A stretch of 64,000 bases of DNA from Octopus bimaculoides. Its lineage: Eukaryota. The stretch spans positions 192,414,608 to 192,478,607 of the forward strand of contig NC_068981.1 of assembly GCF_001194135.2 (NCBI RefSeq). Reading direction: 5' to 3'. The notes beneath the pieces were generated by a model. The model ran no database searches. It was not told the DNA's origin and was given only the letters and a program-made list of their open reading frames with translations. Each line of letters begins with the position of its first letter. Position 1 is the first letter of the stretch. Made by a program: the position numbers and the translations under genes. Positions 50,501 through 64,000 of the stretch are shown here, one piece after another.

Positions 50501-53500
50501 CAGCGGTCCTCTGTTGGCATGAGTTGGACCTATGCAAATCATCATCATCATTTTCAATCTCAGTCACAGATTTTTTTAATTAATTTTTTTTAACTAAACA
50601 GTTTAAAACTTTGGATACTGGTTGAAGTTGTCATATTTGGGTAATTTTAACCAATCAATGATGAGTATTCAGCTGAAGAAAATTTCTACTGTTTGCGAAA
50701 GTAATGGAAGAGCAACAACATCTGGGTCATCGAGTCATGAAAGAGAGAGAGAGAGGTGGGAGAAAAGTATAAAAGATAAGGTGGGTGAGAAATAGAAAGT
50801 TCTTTTATAGGGAATACATACATGTGTGTGCGTGTGCACTTTTTCCCATCTTATCCAATGTGTCCTTGTTTATATAATGTTAGCTTGTGACATTCATTGA
50901 GAGAGATTTGGCTGTTATTTCCAGCAAATTGTAGAGAGAGAATGGTGGTGTGTTGATGATCTGAACGACAGCTTATATAAACTTACCAATCCCCTACCAC
51001 TGCATTATCAATTTATTAAATCCTCTCCTTTTTCTTGCTTCCATTCGGGATTTTATCACTGCACTCCCCACCCTTCTCTCTACTCACGCTTCTTTGGCAA
51101 TGTCCTGTCGCTTATATTGCGATCTCTGTACCTCAAGGCAGTGATGCTGGTGCATCGCTATGCCTTGATACTTCACTATGGTGCATCATTGTCCTGGTAC
51201 TTGCCACCATCTATCTCTTTTACTCAACCATCCCATTTATATTCTGATCCCTGTCCCTTGCGAGTATGCCTGGCATTTTGCCACCATCTCTCTCCTGCTG
51301 TCTCCCACTCTTCTCTCAGGCTGGGTAACCATGTATCTCTTTTACAGCAGCACCCCTGTTTCTGTCATCATTTTTCTCTCTTTCTCTAGCTGTGGGTAAC
51401 CATGTACCTCCCCTACAGCAAGACACCTGTTTCTGTCTGTCTCATTATAACCTTTCATCATCTGACACAAGATCACCTCCGATGCCCCCTCCCCTCTCAA
51501 AGGATCTTTGTCTTGCAAATTACTTGGTAACCCTGCCACTGCTGGTGCCACTTAAATAAGTCCATCCTGTAAAGTGGTTGGTGTTTGGAAGGGCATCCAG
51601 CTGTATAAAACATGCCAAAACTGACCTCGCCTGTGCTTGTGCCATGTAAAAAACACTTAGTCCCCTCATCTAGCCATAAAAATCCTGCCAAAACAGACAG
51701 TCTGGTGCAGGTTCCTGCCTGGCCAACTCCTGTCAAACAGTTCTACCCATGTCAGCATGGAAGGCAGACGTTAAATGATGATGATGATCCAGTTGTAGAA
51801 ACCATGCTAAAACAAATGAGCCTGGCATGGCTTCCAACCTTGCCAGCTCCTGTCAAACCGTCCAACCCATGTCAGTATGGAAAGCAGATGCTAAATGATG
51901 ATGATGTATGTGAATCCTTCATCACCATCATACTTGTGGTGTTATTCATGTGCGATTTTCTGTGAAAACATGTTCCTCCATTGTGCTACTTATGTTTGAA
52001 GGAATCAGGGAACTGTTTACCTTACTTGGAAAGAGGTGAGGGCATGAAGAGTCATAGAATACCTCTGCTTTAATGAATTTGGCCTGACCCATTCAAGCAT
52101 GGAAATGTGGATGTTAAAATATTATGATGGTGATAAGGCTATTTTTAACCATACACCCTGAGTCAGTTTAAGGGGAATGGTTTACACAGGGGCACTGCTC
52201 CCTACTCATCTGATAATATACAAAAGTGAAGGAATGCAACAGAAGCAGATCCAATCGAAAGCCAAACCTTTAGGAATAAATAGACTTAGTATTTATTTAA
52301 GAACAGAGATTCCACTGATTTTGGTCAAGTGTTCTGTGTTAGCCTTAGTCTTTACTATTTAAATCAACAAATAAACTATTTAGGTCTTCTGTTGTTAGAC
52401 CCAGGTAAGTTCTGATCACAGGTCTATGATCAAAAGGTGCTCCAGTCATAATTGTCTAATGTCCACTTTTTCATGCTTGCATCCATCAGAAGTGATTTGC
52501 TGAATAATAGTTTTTTTGGCAGGATGTTTTTCTTGTGGCTAACCCTCACTTGTTTCTGAGCAATGTAATATATTTCCCCCAGTCTTTTGAACACAAATAG
52601 CACAAGGGCCAGATGTAGTTCCCTGGAAAACTGAGAACAACTGACACTATTGTTTGTTTATAATTAGCATATGATACTAAAACAAGGTAATAAGAACATA
52701 CACATATACATATATATATGATGGGCTTCTTTCAGTTTCTGTCTACCAAATCAACTTACAAGACTTAGATCAAGCCAGGACCACAGTAGAAAACACTTGC
52801 CCAAGAAGACACTTGCCATGTTGTGGGATTGAACTGGCAAAAACATGGCTATGAACCAAACTTGTTAATTACAGCCATGCCTGCTCCTCATCTCATTTTC
52901 AGGCATTATCAAAAAATATGTTATAAAATGTATCCTTCTTTTTTAAAGACTGTAAGATGTGGTTTATTGAAGATTTGGCTGCTATGCCTAGTCGATCAAG
53001 TGACCATGTAAAGCTCCTTCCATATCTGTATTAGTTGTATATTTTTTTATTTGCATTTTCATCCAAATAACTACAATTTCTGCTGGAACTCATAGATCCT
53101 AAAATACATTCTGGAAGTTTTTCTCAGCTGGTTTCATAACAACTAAGGAGACATAAAAAATGCTGGAATGTAATAATTATTTTACAACATTCTACTGAAT
53201 ACAACCAGAATCCTTCTCCAAGAAGTGTACATCATAATTCCAAGTCAAAGCTGGGATTACTTTACTTTTAGAAAAATAAGAAAACATTTTGTTTTGCTGT
53301 ATCAACAGAGGAAAATAACTTTTCAGAGAAAAGGTATTATATTTCTTTTATTACTAAAACAAAACCAAATCATCAGATGTGAACAGTTGTGATAAGATTC
53401 CAAGTTATTTAAGTTATCTGATACCTGTAACTCAGAGATTTGGATAAACTGTGGAAAATAATAAAATCTATAGAATTTAGATAAAGGAATTTTCGACTTT

Positions 53501-54179
53501 TTTGGTTTACACGTCCAGAATTGAGATCATTTCAAGTTATAGAATTGCCACACAAGTGGCAGTCGATAACTGTTTCTAATTGAGGCAGAGGGCCAACAAT
53601 TTTGAAAGGAGTGAAGGGGTTAGTCAAGACCATCAACTCTAGTACTTGATTGTTTCTTCATTTTTGTCAACACTGAAAGGATGAAGGCAAAGAGGACCTA
53701 AGAAAGATTTGATCTCAGAACATAAAGAGCTGGAAGATGTACTATGGGCATTTTGTTGGATGCTCTGATGATTCTGTCAAACCATGACCCTCCAGTGGTA
53801 ATAAATAAAAATGGATCTCTGTTGTTTAATGTTGAGTATTCAGTTTCAATGAACTGAATTAATGTGTAAGTGGTTGAGTATTCCACAGACATGTGTGACA
53901 AAGCTGTACCTTTTGAATTACAGTTACAATCCACCCGATGGGCTTTCCATCTTTCTACCAAAGTTCATTCACAAGATTCAAGGGCTACAGAAAATGATAT
54001 TTGCCCAAGATGCCATGCAGTAGGATTAACCATTTGACCATACTCTGCCTGGTGGCAATTAAAAATAAATGCTCAGTAATTTGTTGACCGACATATCAAG
54101 GTAAATGCATGTGTATGTGTGAGAGAGAGAAAAATATATATAACTTATAATGAATGCAATGAAGCACAAAGAATATATA

Positions 54180-54185
54180 TGTATG

Positions 54186-54245
<60 letters not shown>

Positions 54246-54270
54246 GATAAATATAAATATATATACACAT
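54180..54270. repeat. (TA)n microsatellite (representative; others at 7202, 26596, 44645, 44945, 45206, 61858)
   Basis: Direct inspection. Confidence 0.95.
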
Positions 54271-54312
54271 ATACTTGCTACAAGCACAGTATTTATTGTT
54301 ATACTCCTTTAA

Positions 54313-54531
54313 CCCTTTTGTTACCATATTTCTGTGGAAATACATTGCTTTTGTTTCAATTATTCTTGAAAATAATGAAAAAATCTCAGTAAAAAAACTT
54401 TGTCATTATTAAGCTGATGTTTGAAACAAAAATTATCATGAAATTTTGATGGAAGGTTTTAATTTAGATCAAAATAGGAAGTTTATATTACAGAAACAGG
54501 GGCAGCCTCAGGTAGGTTGGTATCAAAAGGG
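54313..54531. mobile_element. piggyBac-type MITE with TTAA TSD
   Basis: TTAA (54309-12) CCCTTTTGTTACCA ... TGGTATCAAAAGGG TTAA (54532-35); 13/14 TIR match. Confidence 0.85.
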
Positions 54532-55186
54532 TTAATTTAAGAGTTTTTCGAAATTTTTCAAGTCAGTTAATTAGTATGTGACAACTAATGACATTTGACA
54601 GGTAATGGTACGTGGTGGTAGTAAGTATAGGATGATCACGCAAGCAAGTTTGTTGTTTTTTTTTTTCCCTGTTGTTTTGCACCCAAATGGGTTTCGTGTA
54701 TTTCTTACAGAGGTAAAAAATCAACACTAAGAACTGACACCAATGCAAAAAAAAATGGAACACAACTGGAATATCATCCGTAACTGTATTGGTACAGACA
54801 AAAAAGTCCAAAGGAATTGGCTTGGAATGGATTAGAGGTCAGCTTTGGGTGCCAGTGAAACTGGAATGGCTTTCATTTCTGATCTCATGCATAAAAATTC
54901 TCCAGACACAGTCATTAGAATGAGAGATATGATATTAGTTAACCACCAATAAAAGTTCTGTGGAAACCGAGCATTATAAATCCAGCAACAAAAGAAGTGG
55001 ATTATATGTACTGTTGCAGCATAGTCCAGGCATTGTTTAGTTTTTTGAACAACAATCCATAATCCAAAAGCACTGAAAAATAAAACCAAAAATAAAACAT
55101 CAACATAAATTGTGAGGAAGAGGAGGAGGAGGAGGAGAGATGAAAATACATGACTTTTATATTATTATTATTTATCTTTTAAGTAA

Positions 55187-55600
55187 GGTGATGAGCTGGT
55201 AGAATCGTTAGCACGTTGGATGAAATGTTTAGCAGACTTTCACCTGTCACCTGGCAGAAACGTTAGCACGCCGGGTGAAATGCTTAGCAGTATTTCGTCT
55301 GCTGTTACGTTCTGAGTTCAAATTCCGCTGAGGTCGACTTTGCCTTTCATCCTTTTGGGGGTCGATAAATTAAGTACCAGTTACGCACTGGGTCGATGTA
55401 ATCGACTTAATCCCTTTGTCTGTCCTTGTTTGTCCCCTCTGTGTTTAGCCCCTTGTGGGCAATAAAGAAATAAGAATTTCACCTGTCGCTACGTTCTGAG
55501 TTCAAATTCTACGGAGGTCAACTTTGACTTCCATATTTTCGGGGTCGATAAAATAAGTACCAGTTGAACACTAGGGTCTATGTAAGCAACTCATCCCCAC
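55187..55600 (+). mobile_element. Family B SINE with a younger copy of the same family nested inside (55249-55476)
   Basis: 11-bp TSD TTTCACCTGTC at 55238-55248 and 55477-55487; the host copy resumes in register after the insertion. Confidence 0.85.
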
Positions 55601-58086
55601 CTCCCACAAGCTGCCCTTGTGACAAAAAATTTAAAATAATTATCTTTTATGTTTTTACTTATTTCAGTCTTTAGACTGTGGCCATACTGAGTTTAGTTGA
55701 ATAAATTGACCCCAGTACTTATTCTATTGGCCACTTTTGCTGAACTGCTAAGTTATGGGAACATAAACAAACCAATACCAGTTGCCAAGCAGTAGTGGAG
55801 GACAAACACACACACACAATATATATAAATATGGGTGCAGGTGTGACTTTGTGACAAGAAGCTTGCTTCCCAACCATATGGTTCTGGGTTCAGTCAGGCA
55901 GTGCAGCACCTTTGGCAAGTGCCATTTACTGTAGCCTTGGGCTCACCAAAGCCATGTGAGTGGATCTGGTAGATGGAAACTGAAAATTTGTCGTATATAT
56001 ACATGGGCATGGCTGTGTGGTTAGGAAGCTTTCTTCCCAGCTACATGGTTTCAGGTTCAGTCCCACCGCGTGGCACCTTGGGCAAGTGTCTTCTGCTATA
56101 GCCCCAGGCCGACCGAAGGTTTGTGATTTAATTTGGTAGGTGGAAGTTACTGCCGCATGTGTATATGTCTGTGTATGTGCTTGTGCCTCTCCAAGAGAGA
56201 GGGATATATATATGTGTGTGTGTGTATAAATCTATGTGTCTGCCCCCTCTCCAACACTTGACAACTGGTGTTGGTGTGTTTACATCCCTGCGACTTAGTG
56301 GTTCAATAAAAGAGACTGATAGAATAAGTAGCAGGCTTTAAAAAAAGTAAGTACAGGTGGGATCGATTCATTAAACAAAAAATTCTTAAAGACAGTGCCC
56401 CAGCATAACCACAATTTAACAACCGAAACACATAAAATATATATATATCGTCGTCGTTTAACGTCCGCTTTCCATGCTAGCATGGATTGGACGATTTGAC
56501 TGAGGACTGGTGAAACCAGATGGCTACACCAGGCTNNNNNNNNNNGGACTGGTGAAACCAGATGGCTACACCAGGCTCCAATCTGATTTGGCAGAGTTTC
56601 TACAGCTGGATGCCCTTCCTAACGCACACACACATTATATATGTATATGCTGGTGGCACATAACAAGCACCATCTGAGTATGGCCAATGCCAGTGCTGCC
56701 TGACTGGCACCTGTGCTAGTGGCACATAAAAAGCATCATTCAAGCATGGCCGATGCCAGTGCCACCTGACTGGCACATAAAAAGCACCATTTGAGCATGG
56801 CCGATGCCAGTGCTGCCTGACTGGCCCCCATGCTGGTGGCATGTAAAAAGCACCCACTACACTCTTGGAGTGGTTGGCATTTGGAAGAACACCTAGCTGT
56901 AGAAGCCTTTCCAAATCAGATTGAAGCCTGGTGTAACCTCCTGGCTTGCCAGTCCTCAGTCAAACTGTCCAACCCATGCCAGCATGGAAAGCAGACGTTA
57001 AACGATGACGATGATGTATATTGTGGACTCTCTGGGTTGCCAGTCCCCCAGTCAAACCGTCCAACCCTGACAGATGAGGATTCTGCAACTTGTTGCTTAA
57101 CACCCTGCACAGATGATTTGTGTATAGCGATTAAATGTTTGTGCTGTCCATTTTTTTTCACTTCTGTCACCAAATCAACATTGCTTGTACAGGTGCACAG
57201 TGTGCCACGCATTAGATGTTGAAGTGATTGCAGAGCAGCATGAAACAAAGTATTTTATTCAAGAAACAAAGCACTGTCCAGTCTGGGAATCGAACTCATG
57301 ATCATGCAATTGTGAGTACAACACTTAAACCACTAAGCCACATGTCCTCATATATACATACAAACATATATATATATATATATGTATGTATATATGTGTG
57401 TGTGCTGGTGGCACGTAAAAAGCACCCACTACACTCTTGGAGTGGTTGGCATTAAGAAGGGCATCCAGCTGTAGAAACCTTGCCAGATCATATTGGAGCG
57501 AGGTGTAGCCTCCTGGCTCGCCAGTCCTCAGTCAAATTGTCCAACCCATGCCAGCATGGAAAACAGACATTAAACAATGACGACGACGATGATTGATATA
57601 TATGTATGTATGTATATATGTATGTATGTATATATGTATGTATATGTGTGAAGGGAAAGGTCATTATGTATGTCAGTAACATAGATAAAACATAATGAGG
57701 ATAATAAGAAATAAACCATGACTCACCAACATAAAGAATTGATAGCAAACCCAATGGCATTTATTCGACCGCTATCTTCCCCAAAATCCAAATCCTGTAA
57801 CAAAGAGATAAATAATCAACAATTATTGATAAAATAAAACAGTTATGTAACAAGGATGAATAAACATGTGTAGAATAAAGAATATTGACTAACCATCATG
57901 TATATTTCTAAAATAAAATTAAAAAGTATGAGTAATCAAAAAGATTTCTTGGTTTCAAAATGATATTTCCTTCATTCGTTTGTGCGATTACTGCTTTTTA
58001 ATTAATAAGAAATTTCTAAAGAAATTTAATGAAAATACTTACTGAAATTGATAAAGAACAATAAAAATTCTCTTATGTTTATACTC

Positions 58087-58500
58087 TTTACTCTTTTACT
58101 TGTTTCAGTCACTTGACTGTGGCCATGCTGGAGCACCGCCTTTAGTCAAAGAAATCAACCCCAGGACTTATTCCTTGTAAGCCTAGTACTTATTCTATCA
58201 GGCACTTTTGCCGAACTGCTAAGTTATGTGGACGTAAACACACCAGCATTGGTTGTCAAGCGATGTTGGGGGATAAGCACAGACACACAAACATACACAC
58301 ACACATATATATATATAATATATATATATACATATATACGATGGGTGCTTCTTTCAGTTTCCGTCTACCAAATCCACTCACAAGGCTTTGGTCGGCCTGA
58401 GGCTACAGTAGAAGACACTTGCCCAAGGTGCTACACAGTGGGACTGAACCCAGAACCATGTGGTTGGTAAGCAAACTACTTACCACACAGCCACTCCTGC
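58087..58500 (-). mobile_element. Near full-length tRNA-derived SINE (family C) with internal (CA/TA)n
   Basis: Minus strand GGCTGTGTGGTAAG...GGGTTCAGTCCCA (A/B-box-like head), CACCTTGGGCAAGTGTCTT core, tail ...GACTGAAACAAGTAAAAGAG; other copies at 4880, 45290, 56005, 61490. Confidence 0.85.
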
Positions 58501-59435
58501 GCTGTAATGCATATTGATGTAGTCAGAATATTTTATGTGAAATGTTTGGTGAATACTAGTTAATGCATCAATATTTGACTGGAAATTAATGAGTTTTAGC
58601 CTTAATTACCATGGTCTTCCAGATTCAGTTCACTAATAATTCAACACCCTTTAGCATTTAAACTGGCCATATCTGGCACAAATTTTCTATTTATTTTAAG
58701 CCAAAACCAACTAGATCTGGTCTCTCACACCTACCCTACAATGACATTCTAAAAAGTCACATCAATGAAATTGCAAAGCAATGAGATAATATCTGATTAA
58801 TTCAAAGCAATGTAAACAAATCAGCATTACATTTAGAGGCACTCCTACCCCTGTCCCTCTATAGCTCTAAAGCCCCATCCCCCTGTACTACTCTCTCCAC
58901 CCAGCTGAGGAGGTTTTTGTCTTGCAAATTACTTGGTGACCCTGCCAGTGCTGGTGCCATGTAATAAGTACCTGTGTTGGTTCCACATAAAAAGCACAGG
59001 TGACGGTGCCACGTAAAAAGCAGCCAGCACACTGTATAGTGGTTGGCATTACGAAAGGCATTCAGCTGCAGTAGAAACCATGCTAAAACAGACAATGGAC
59101 CTTGGAGTAGCCCCTGGCCTTACTAGCTCATGTCAAACTGTCCAACCTATGCTGACATGGAAAACAAATGTTAAATCATGATAATGACATAGATCTCTCA
59201 GGGATTTATACCAACCATTTGCTGACCCTTGATTTAGAATGTGGGACATGTGTAAAAGTCAAGAAGTCATGGGAATTATATTCAGTGAGCAAGATGAACA
59301 GGGTAACCACAAGTCAGAATAGATAGAACCTTCCATTATCCTCTGACATATTTTTTTGTCATTTAATCGACAACTCTCTAAAATGCATTATCATTGTTTG
59401 TCATTGTTTAGTCCCAGGTATCCTTCCCTTCTTAA

Positions 59436-59657
59436 CCCTTTTGATACCAACCCGGCTGAAACCGGCTCTGGCTCTGTTGTACAAATGTCTTGTTTTCATA
59501 AGTTTTGAATTAAAATCTTCCACCACACCTTAGTCACAATTTATGTTCCTAACACTAGCTGAATGATAACTAAGTTATTTTACTAAATTCTTTGTTATGC
59601 TTAAAATTAATTGAAAGAAACACAAAGCATCTCAACAGAAATACAGTAACAAAAAGG
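59436..59657. mobile_element. piggyBac-type MITE with TTAA TSD (opposite orientation to 54313)
   Basis: TTAA (59432-35) CCCTTTTGATACCA ... GTAACAAAAAGG TTAA (59658-61). Confidence 0.8.
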
Positions 59658-61855
59658 TTAAGATGGTATGGTGTAGTCTTAAAGAGATCTGGCTGCTATT
59701 TCTAGCAGGTACAGTGACCTAATATCAGCGGTTCTCAATAATTTTTCCCCTGTTTTATTTGATATTTAAAAACTAGTTTTATAGATACTTCTTTCAAGAT
59801 TCCTCTTTTGTTTTTCACACACTCACTTGTGTGAGTTTGCAACAACCGTCTGTGACAGAATATGGGGCCAGAAACATACTGAACTATGTAAAATGTTTGA
59901 GAAAGAAACCTAGCTGTTTCTTGCAATTAATACATTTTGCTTGTGTGGATCCCCTAAAAAATCAAATACGGGACCCCAGGGGTCATATGGATCCCATTTG
60001 GGAACCACCAATGTAGAAAGTCTTTATATTTTGTATTGTGATAACATAGGCCTTTATATATATTGTTAAACCCTAGGCTAATTTTCATTAAGCAGACCTA
60101 TCATGATCAAATGTATGCTAGTGAGTCAGAAGTAGGTCTGCATTATCCAACATGTCTTCTCTGTATTTAAGGTTAAGGGGTGTGGTTTGAGGGAGAATTG
60201 GCTGCTATTTTTAGCAAGTCAAGTGACACTCGGACACTCTCCTCACAATAAGCTTCCTTCATTAAAACAACAGTTGAGGGGAAGGTATTAATACAATGTG
60301 AACTTACAAAAAAAGAAGTTCTGTTAAAAGGTCTTGCCAAGACACTTAAAGCACAATCTAATTAACTGTGAAAATGACCGACCATTGTTAGTGTCAAGAG
60401 GGTAAAGAATAACCAAGTAACCATCTTTACTGACAATAAAACTATCTGGCTAAAAAAAAAGGGAACTTTTATTTCCAGAGAGGGGAACACATTTAAGGAG
60501 AGGCATGGGTATGTGATAAGATGGTTGCTTTGCAATCATGTAATTTTGGGTTCAACCCCAATGCACGACACCATGGTCAAATGTCTTTTATTATAACCCT
60601 GTGCCGACCAATATGAGTGAATTTGGTTGGATCATTATTATCATTTATTGTAGCTGTGTGGTAAGAAGCTTGCTTCCCAACCACACCATCCAACCCATGC
60701 CAGCTTGGACAACGGATGTTAAATGATGACGATGGTGATGATGATGATGAATGAGGGGTTAAAGTACAAACGGAGAGGTCAGAGCAAACTATGCTCCTTA
60801 CTTTAGAGTAACAACATGGCTATTAACATTTTGGAAGAGAGGGTGGAGATAATCAGGATGGACCCTCAAAGTATGAGGTGACCAGAACTGAGTGAGGGCA
60901 GAGGAACCATGAGTAAGGGCTTCACAGCTGTTGCAATAGTAAATATATATATCATCATCATCACCATCATCATTTTCATCCTCATCATTTAATATCCATT
61001 TTCCATACCAGCGTGGGTTGGATGGTTTCATCTGTGTTGGCAAGCTGGAGAGCTGCACCAGTTCCAGTCTGATTTGGCTTGGTTTCTACAACTGGATGCA
61101 CTTCCTAATGCCAACCACTTTGCAGAGTGTGGTGGGTGCTTTTAACATGGCACCAGCACAAGTGTTTTTTACATGGCACTGGCACAGGATTCTTGTGGGC
61201 CAATCCTCTTCAGTAGGGGAGCAGCCTTAACACTTCCGCAGTGGTGGATGAGTCTCACACATTAATGTTTGTTTTTATGTTATAATAAAAGCAGTTTTAC
61301 ATTAAATTGAAGGACTACTTAATACATTTAGTAGAGTACAAATTTATTATTCTTTAACAAGAATAGTATTGGCAGTAACTTTGAAATTTCAGCTGGTTAA
61401 GCCATAACTGGATTGTCCAATGAACGTTTAGCTGACCATGACTTTAAAAGTCATTGTCAATACTATTCTTGTTAACAAATAATATGTGTGGCTGTGTGGT
61501 AAGAAATCTGCTTTCCAACCACATGGTTCCAGGTTCAGTCCCAATGCATGACACCTTGGACAAATGTATGCTATCCAACTCAATCCAACTGAAGACTTGT
61601 GAGTGGATTTGGTAGATGGAAACTGAAAGAAACCTGTGTGTGTGTGTGTCTTCGTGTATGTATTTGTCCTCTCCCACTGTTTGGAAACCGGTGGTGTTTT
61701 GTTTACATGCCCATAACCTAGTGGTTCGGCAAAAGGGATCAATAAAAAAAGTAGCAGATTTTTAAAAATTAAGAAAATAAGTTCTAATGTTGATTTATTC
61801 AAGTAAACCCTTCAAGATGGTGTCACAGCATAGCTGCAATCCAATGACCAAAACA

Positions 61856-61903
<48 letters not shown>

Positions 61904-61920
61904 NNNNNNNNNNNNNNNNN

Positions 61921-62770
61921 GGCATCGCATAAATAATGCGTTTTTTATATACTTCTTTTATTTTTCAAAATTAAGATAAACAAAGTTCTTTTTTAATCTA
62001 AAATATGCTCTCCTTCATTTTCTAAAATGCTCTTCTATCTGTCTGATAGACTTGCAAGGCCCCTCTTCCAAAATTCACTTGTCCGTGATGAAAAATACTC
62101 CTCCAGTACTGTTCTTACCTCGTCTACAGAATTCATATTTTTTTCCATCCAAATGATTTTGAAGACTGTGGAATAAATGATAATCAGATGGGGCAATGTC
62201 TGGCAAATATGGTGGGTGGGACATCATTTCCCATTCAAACTGCTTCCAGCCTTTGGAATGTCATCCTTGCTGTATATGGCCAGGCATTATCCTGATGGAA
62301 GAACACCTTTTGTCTTGAAACCAAAGATGGTTGTTTTTCTTCTAGTGCTGACTTAAGCTGCATGCAGTAGATCTCCATTGTTATTGTTTGGTTTGGGTTT
62401 AAAAGTTCAAAGTGGACTAAACCTTTCATATCCCACCAAACACATAACAACACTTTACGTGGGTGAAGACCTTAAGCCTGGGGTGCTGCAGTTTCTCTTT
62501 TCCCTACCCACTGTCTTTGGTGCTTGACATTTTTATAGAGAATCCATTTCTCATCACCAGTCACTATTTGATCCAAAAAAGGTTCATTCATGAGAGGCAA
62601 CAGCAAAGAAGAACATACATTCACTCTCTGCATGCAATTAGACACGGAAAGTTTGTGAGGAACCCATTGACCCAATCTGCTGACTTTTCCAACTGCATGC
62701 AAATGTCAATGAATGGTTGACTGACAAAATCTAAGCTTCTCTGCTAGTTCTTCAATAATTATGATGGGAT
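61921..62770 (-). mobile_element. Degenerate mariner transposase (Mos1/Hsmar-like catalytic domain) and terminal repeat remnant
   Basis: GKVSRLGQWVPHKL...FLDQIVTGDEKWILY; MLLCVWWDMKGLVHFELL...TIT...FFHQDNAWPYTA; CGCATAAATAATGCG terminal-like sequence at 61925-61940. Confidence 0.9.
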
Positions 62771-63650
62771 TTTGTTCCACCAGGGTTTGAAGGACGTCCT
62801 TGTCGAGCTCTACAGGCAAATGTAACTCTTCACCTCTGGGAGGCAGGAATCTATTACAGTCATTTGGTCAGCAAGTCACTAAAGAATAAATACTCCGTTG
62901 ACCCTAGACTATTCATTCTTTGGTGACTTACTGACCAAATGAATTCTTGCCTCCCAGAAATGAAGAGTTACATTTGCCTTCGGCTTTAGAGTCTGACAAG
63001 AAAGACATCCATGGGGCTAAGCCCTTTGTGGATGTGAAACCATTGGTCACTCTATGACCAGACATAGACTTAACTAAATATATATATATGTTCAGGTGGC
63101 ATGTAAAATACACCATTTGAGTGTTGCTGTTGCCAGTACCACCTGACTGGCCCACATGCCAGTGGCACATAAAAGCATCCACTACACTCTCAGAGTGGTT
63201 GGCGTTAGGAAGGGCATCCAGCTGTAGAAACTCTGCCAGATCAGGTTGGAGCCTGGTGCAGCCATCTGGTTTCACCAGTCCTCAGTCAAATCATCCAACC
63301 CATGCTAGCATGGAAAGCAGACGTTAAACGATGATGATATATATATATACGCGTATGTGTGTATATGTGCGTCTTTGTATTTGTCCCCTACCACATTTGA
63401 CAACTGGTGTTGGTTTGTTTACATCTGAGTAATGTAGGGGTGCGGGGAAAAAGAAGCCAATAGAATAAGTACTAGGCTTAGGAGAAAATCAGTTATTAGA
63501 GTGAATTTGAAGGCAGCAAACGAGCAGACTTGTTGGTAAGTTGGACAAAATGTTTACCAGCATTTCATCCGTTTCTATGTTCTGTGTTCAAATTTCACTG
63601 AAATTGTCTTTGCACTTTATCTATCTACAAAAATAAGTGTAGTAGTAGTA

Positions 63651-63683
<33 letters not shown>

Positions 63684-64000
63684 GCCCTGATGCCGTACCA
63701 GGCACTGACTCTCATGGCTTTTGATCTTAACTGATTGGAAGTGTTATGTTAATTGTTTTGTCTTGGTATAAAAGATGGGCTACAGCAAATATTCTGCTTA
63801 ATACAACAGATTTGCTTGTCAGTTGTTTGACCTTAACCAGTTGAGCATATCCCTTAGTGGCTGACAATATGTGCATCTCTGATCACCAGCAGAAGTAGTT
63901 GGGGAGCATCATAGCCATGTGTCGAAAGGAATTCTTTGGGGTTTGGATAATTCACCTCTGGAAACATGGGTGTTTTGTTCAACATCCTTAAACAAACCTT

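Noticed and set aside
54560-55090. Possible Tc1/mariner relic (PIPLDFF resembling PDL.PLDFF)
   Set aside because: Single weak motif in broken frames; cannot be supported without a profile search.
56505-56580. Direct repeat flanking a 10-N gap
   Set aside because: Typical unmerged contig overlap; assembly artefact.
56655-56860. Regularly spaced repeats that might suggest a CRISPR-like array
   Set aside because: Eukaryotic context, spacers are homologous to each other, and the array is part of a retroposon UTR.
46000-64000. Search for a third host gene in the right-hand part of the window
   Set aside because: No exon with recognisable protein similarity found on either strand; the short ORFs listed derive from repeats or microsatellites. 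Small or poorly conserved exons could have been missed.

Overview
AT-rich, microsatellite- and retroposon-dense eukaryotic genomic DNA from a scaffolded assembly with four N gaps. The repeat families and gene content suggest a mollusc, probably an octopus (inference, not verifiable here). Two host genes are supported, both on the + strand. (1) An SRSF2/SC35 splicing factor with an uninterrupted 297-aa CDS (7815-8708), followed by about 6 kb of repeat-poor sequence carrying strong splice signals and an SSNG/GGA-rich island, consistent with an unproductive-splicing (NMD) autoregulation cassette. (2) A 12-exon CEP76 (24478-44454, 1917 nt spliced, 638 aa, all exon phases compatible), in which the predicted transglutaminase-like catalytic Cys motif (DCEDH) reads GSMDH. 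The rest is mobile-element debris: a Helitron 3' end with two termini, two mariner remnants, RTE and CR1-like LINE fragments, a Penelope-like element ending in a type-I hammerhead ribozyme fold inside CEP76 intron 2, several SINE families and piggyBac-type MITEs. Several long inverted repeats occur, including a ~400-bp, ~99% identical foldback at 49536-50500. All protein and repeat family calls come from recalled motifs, not database searches.
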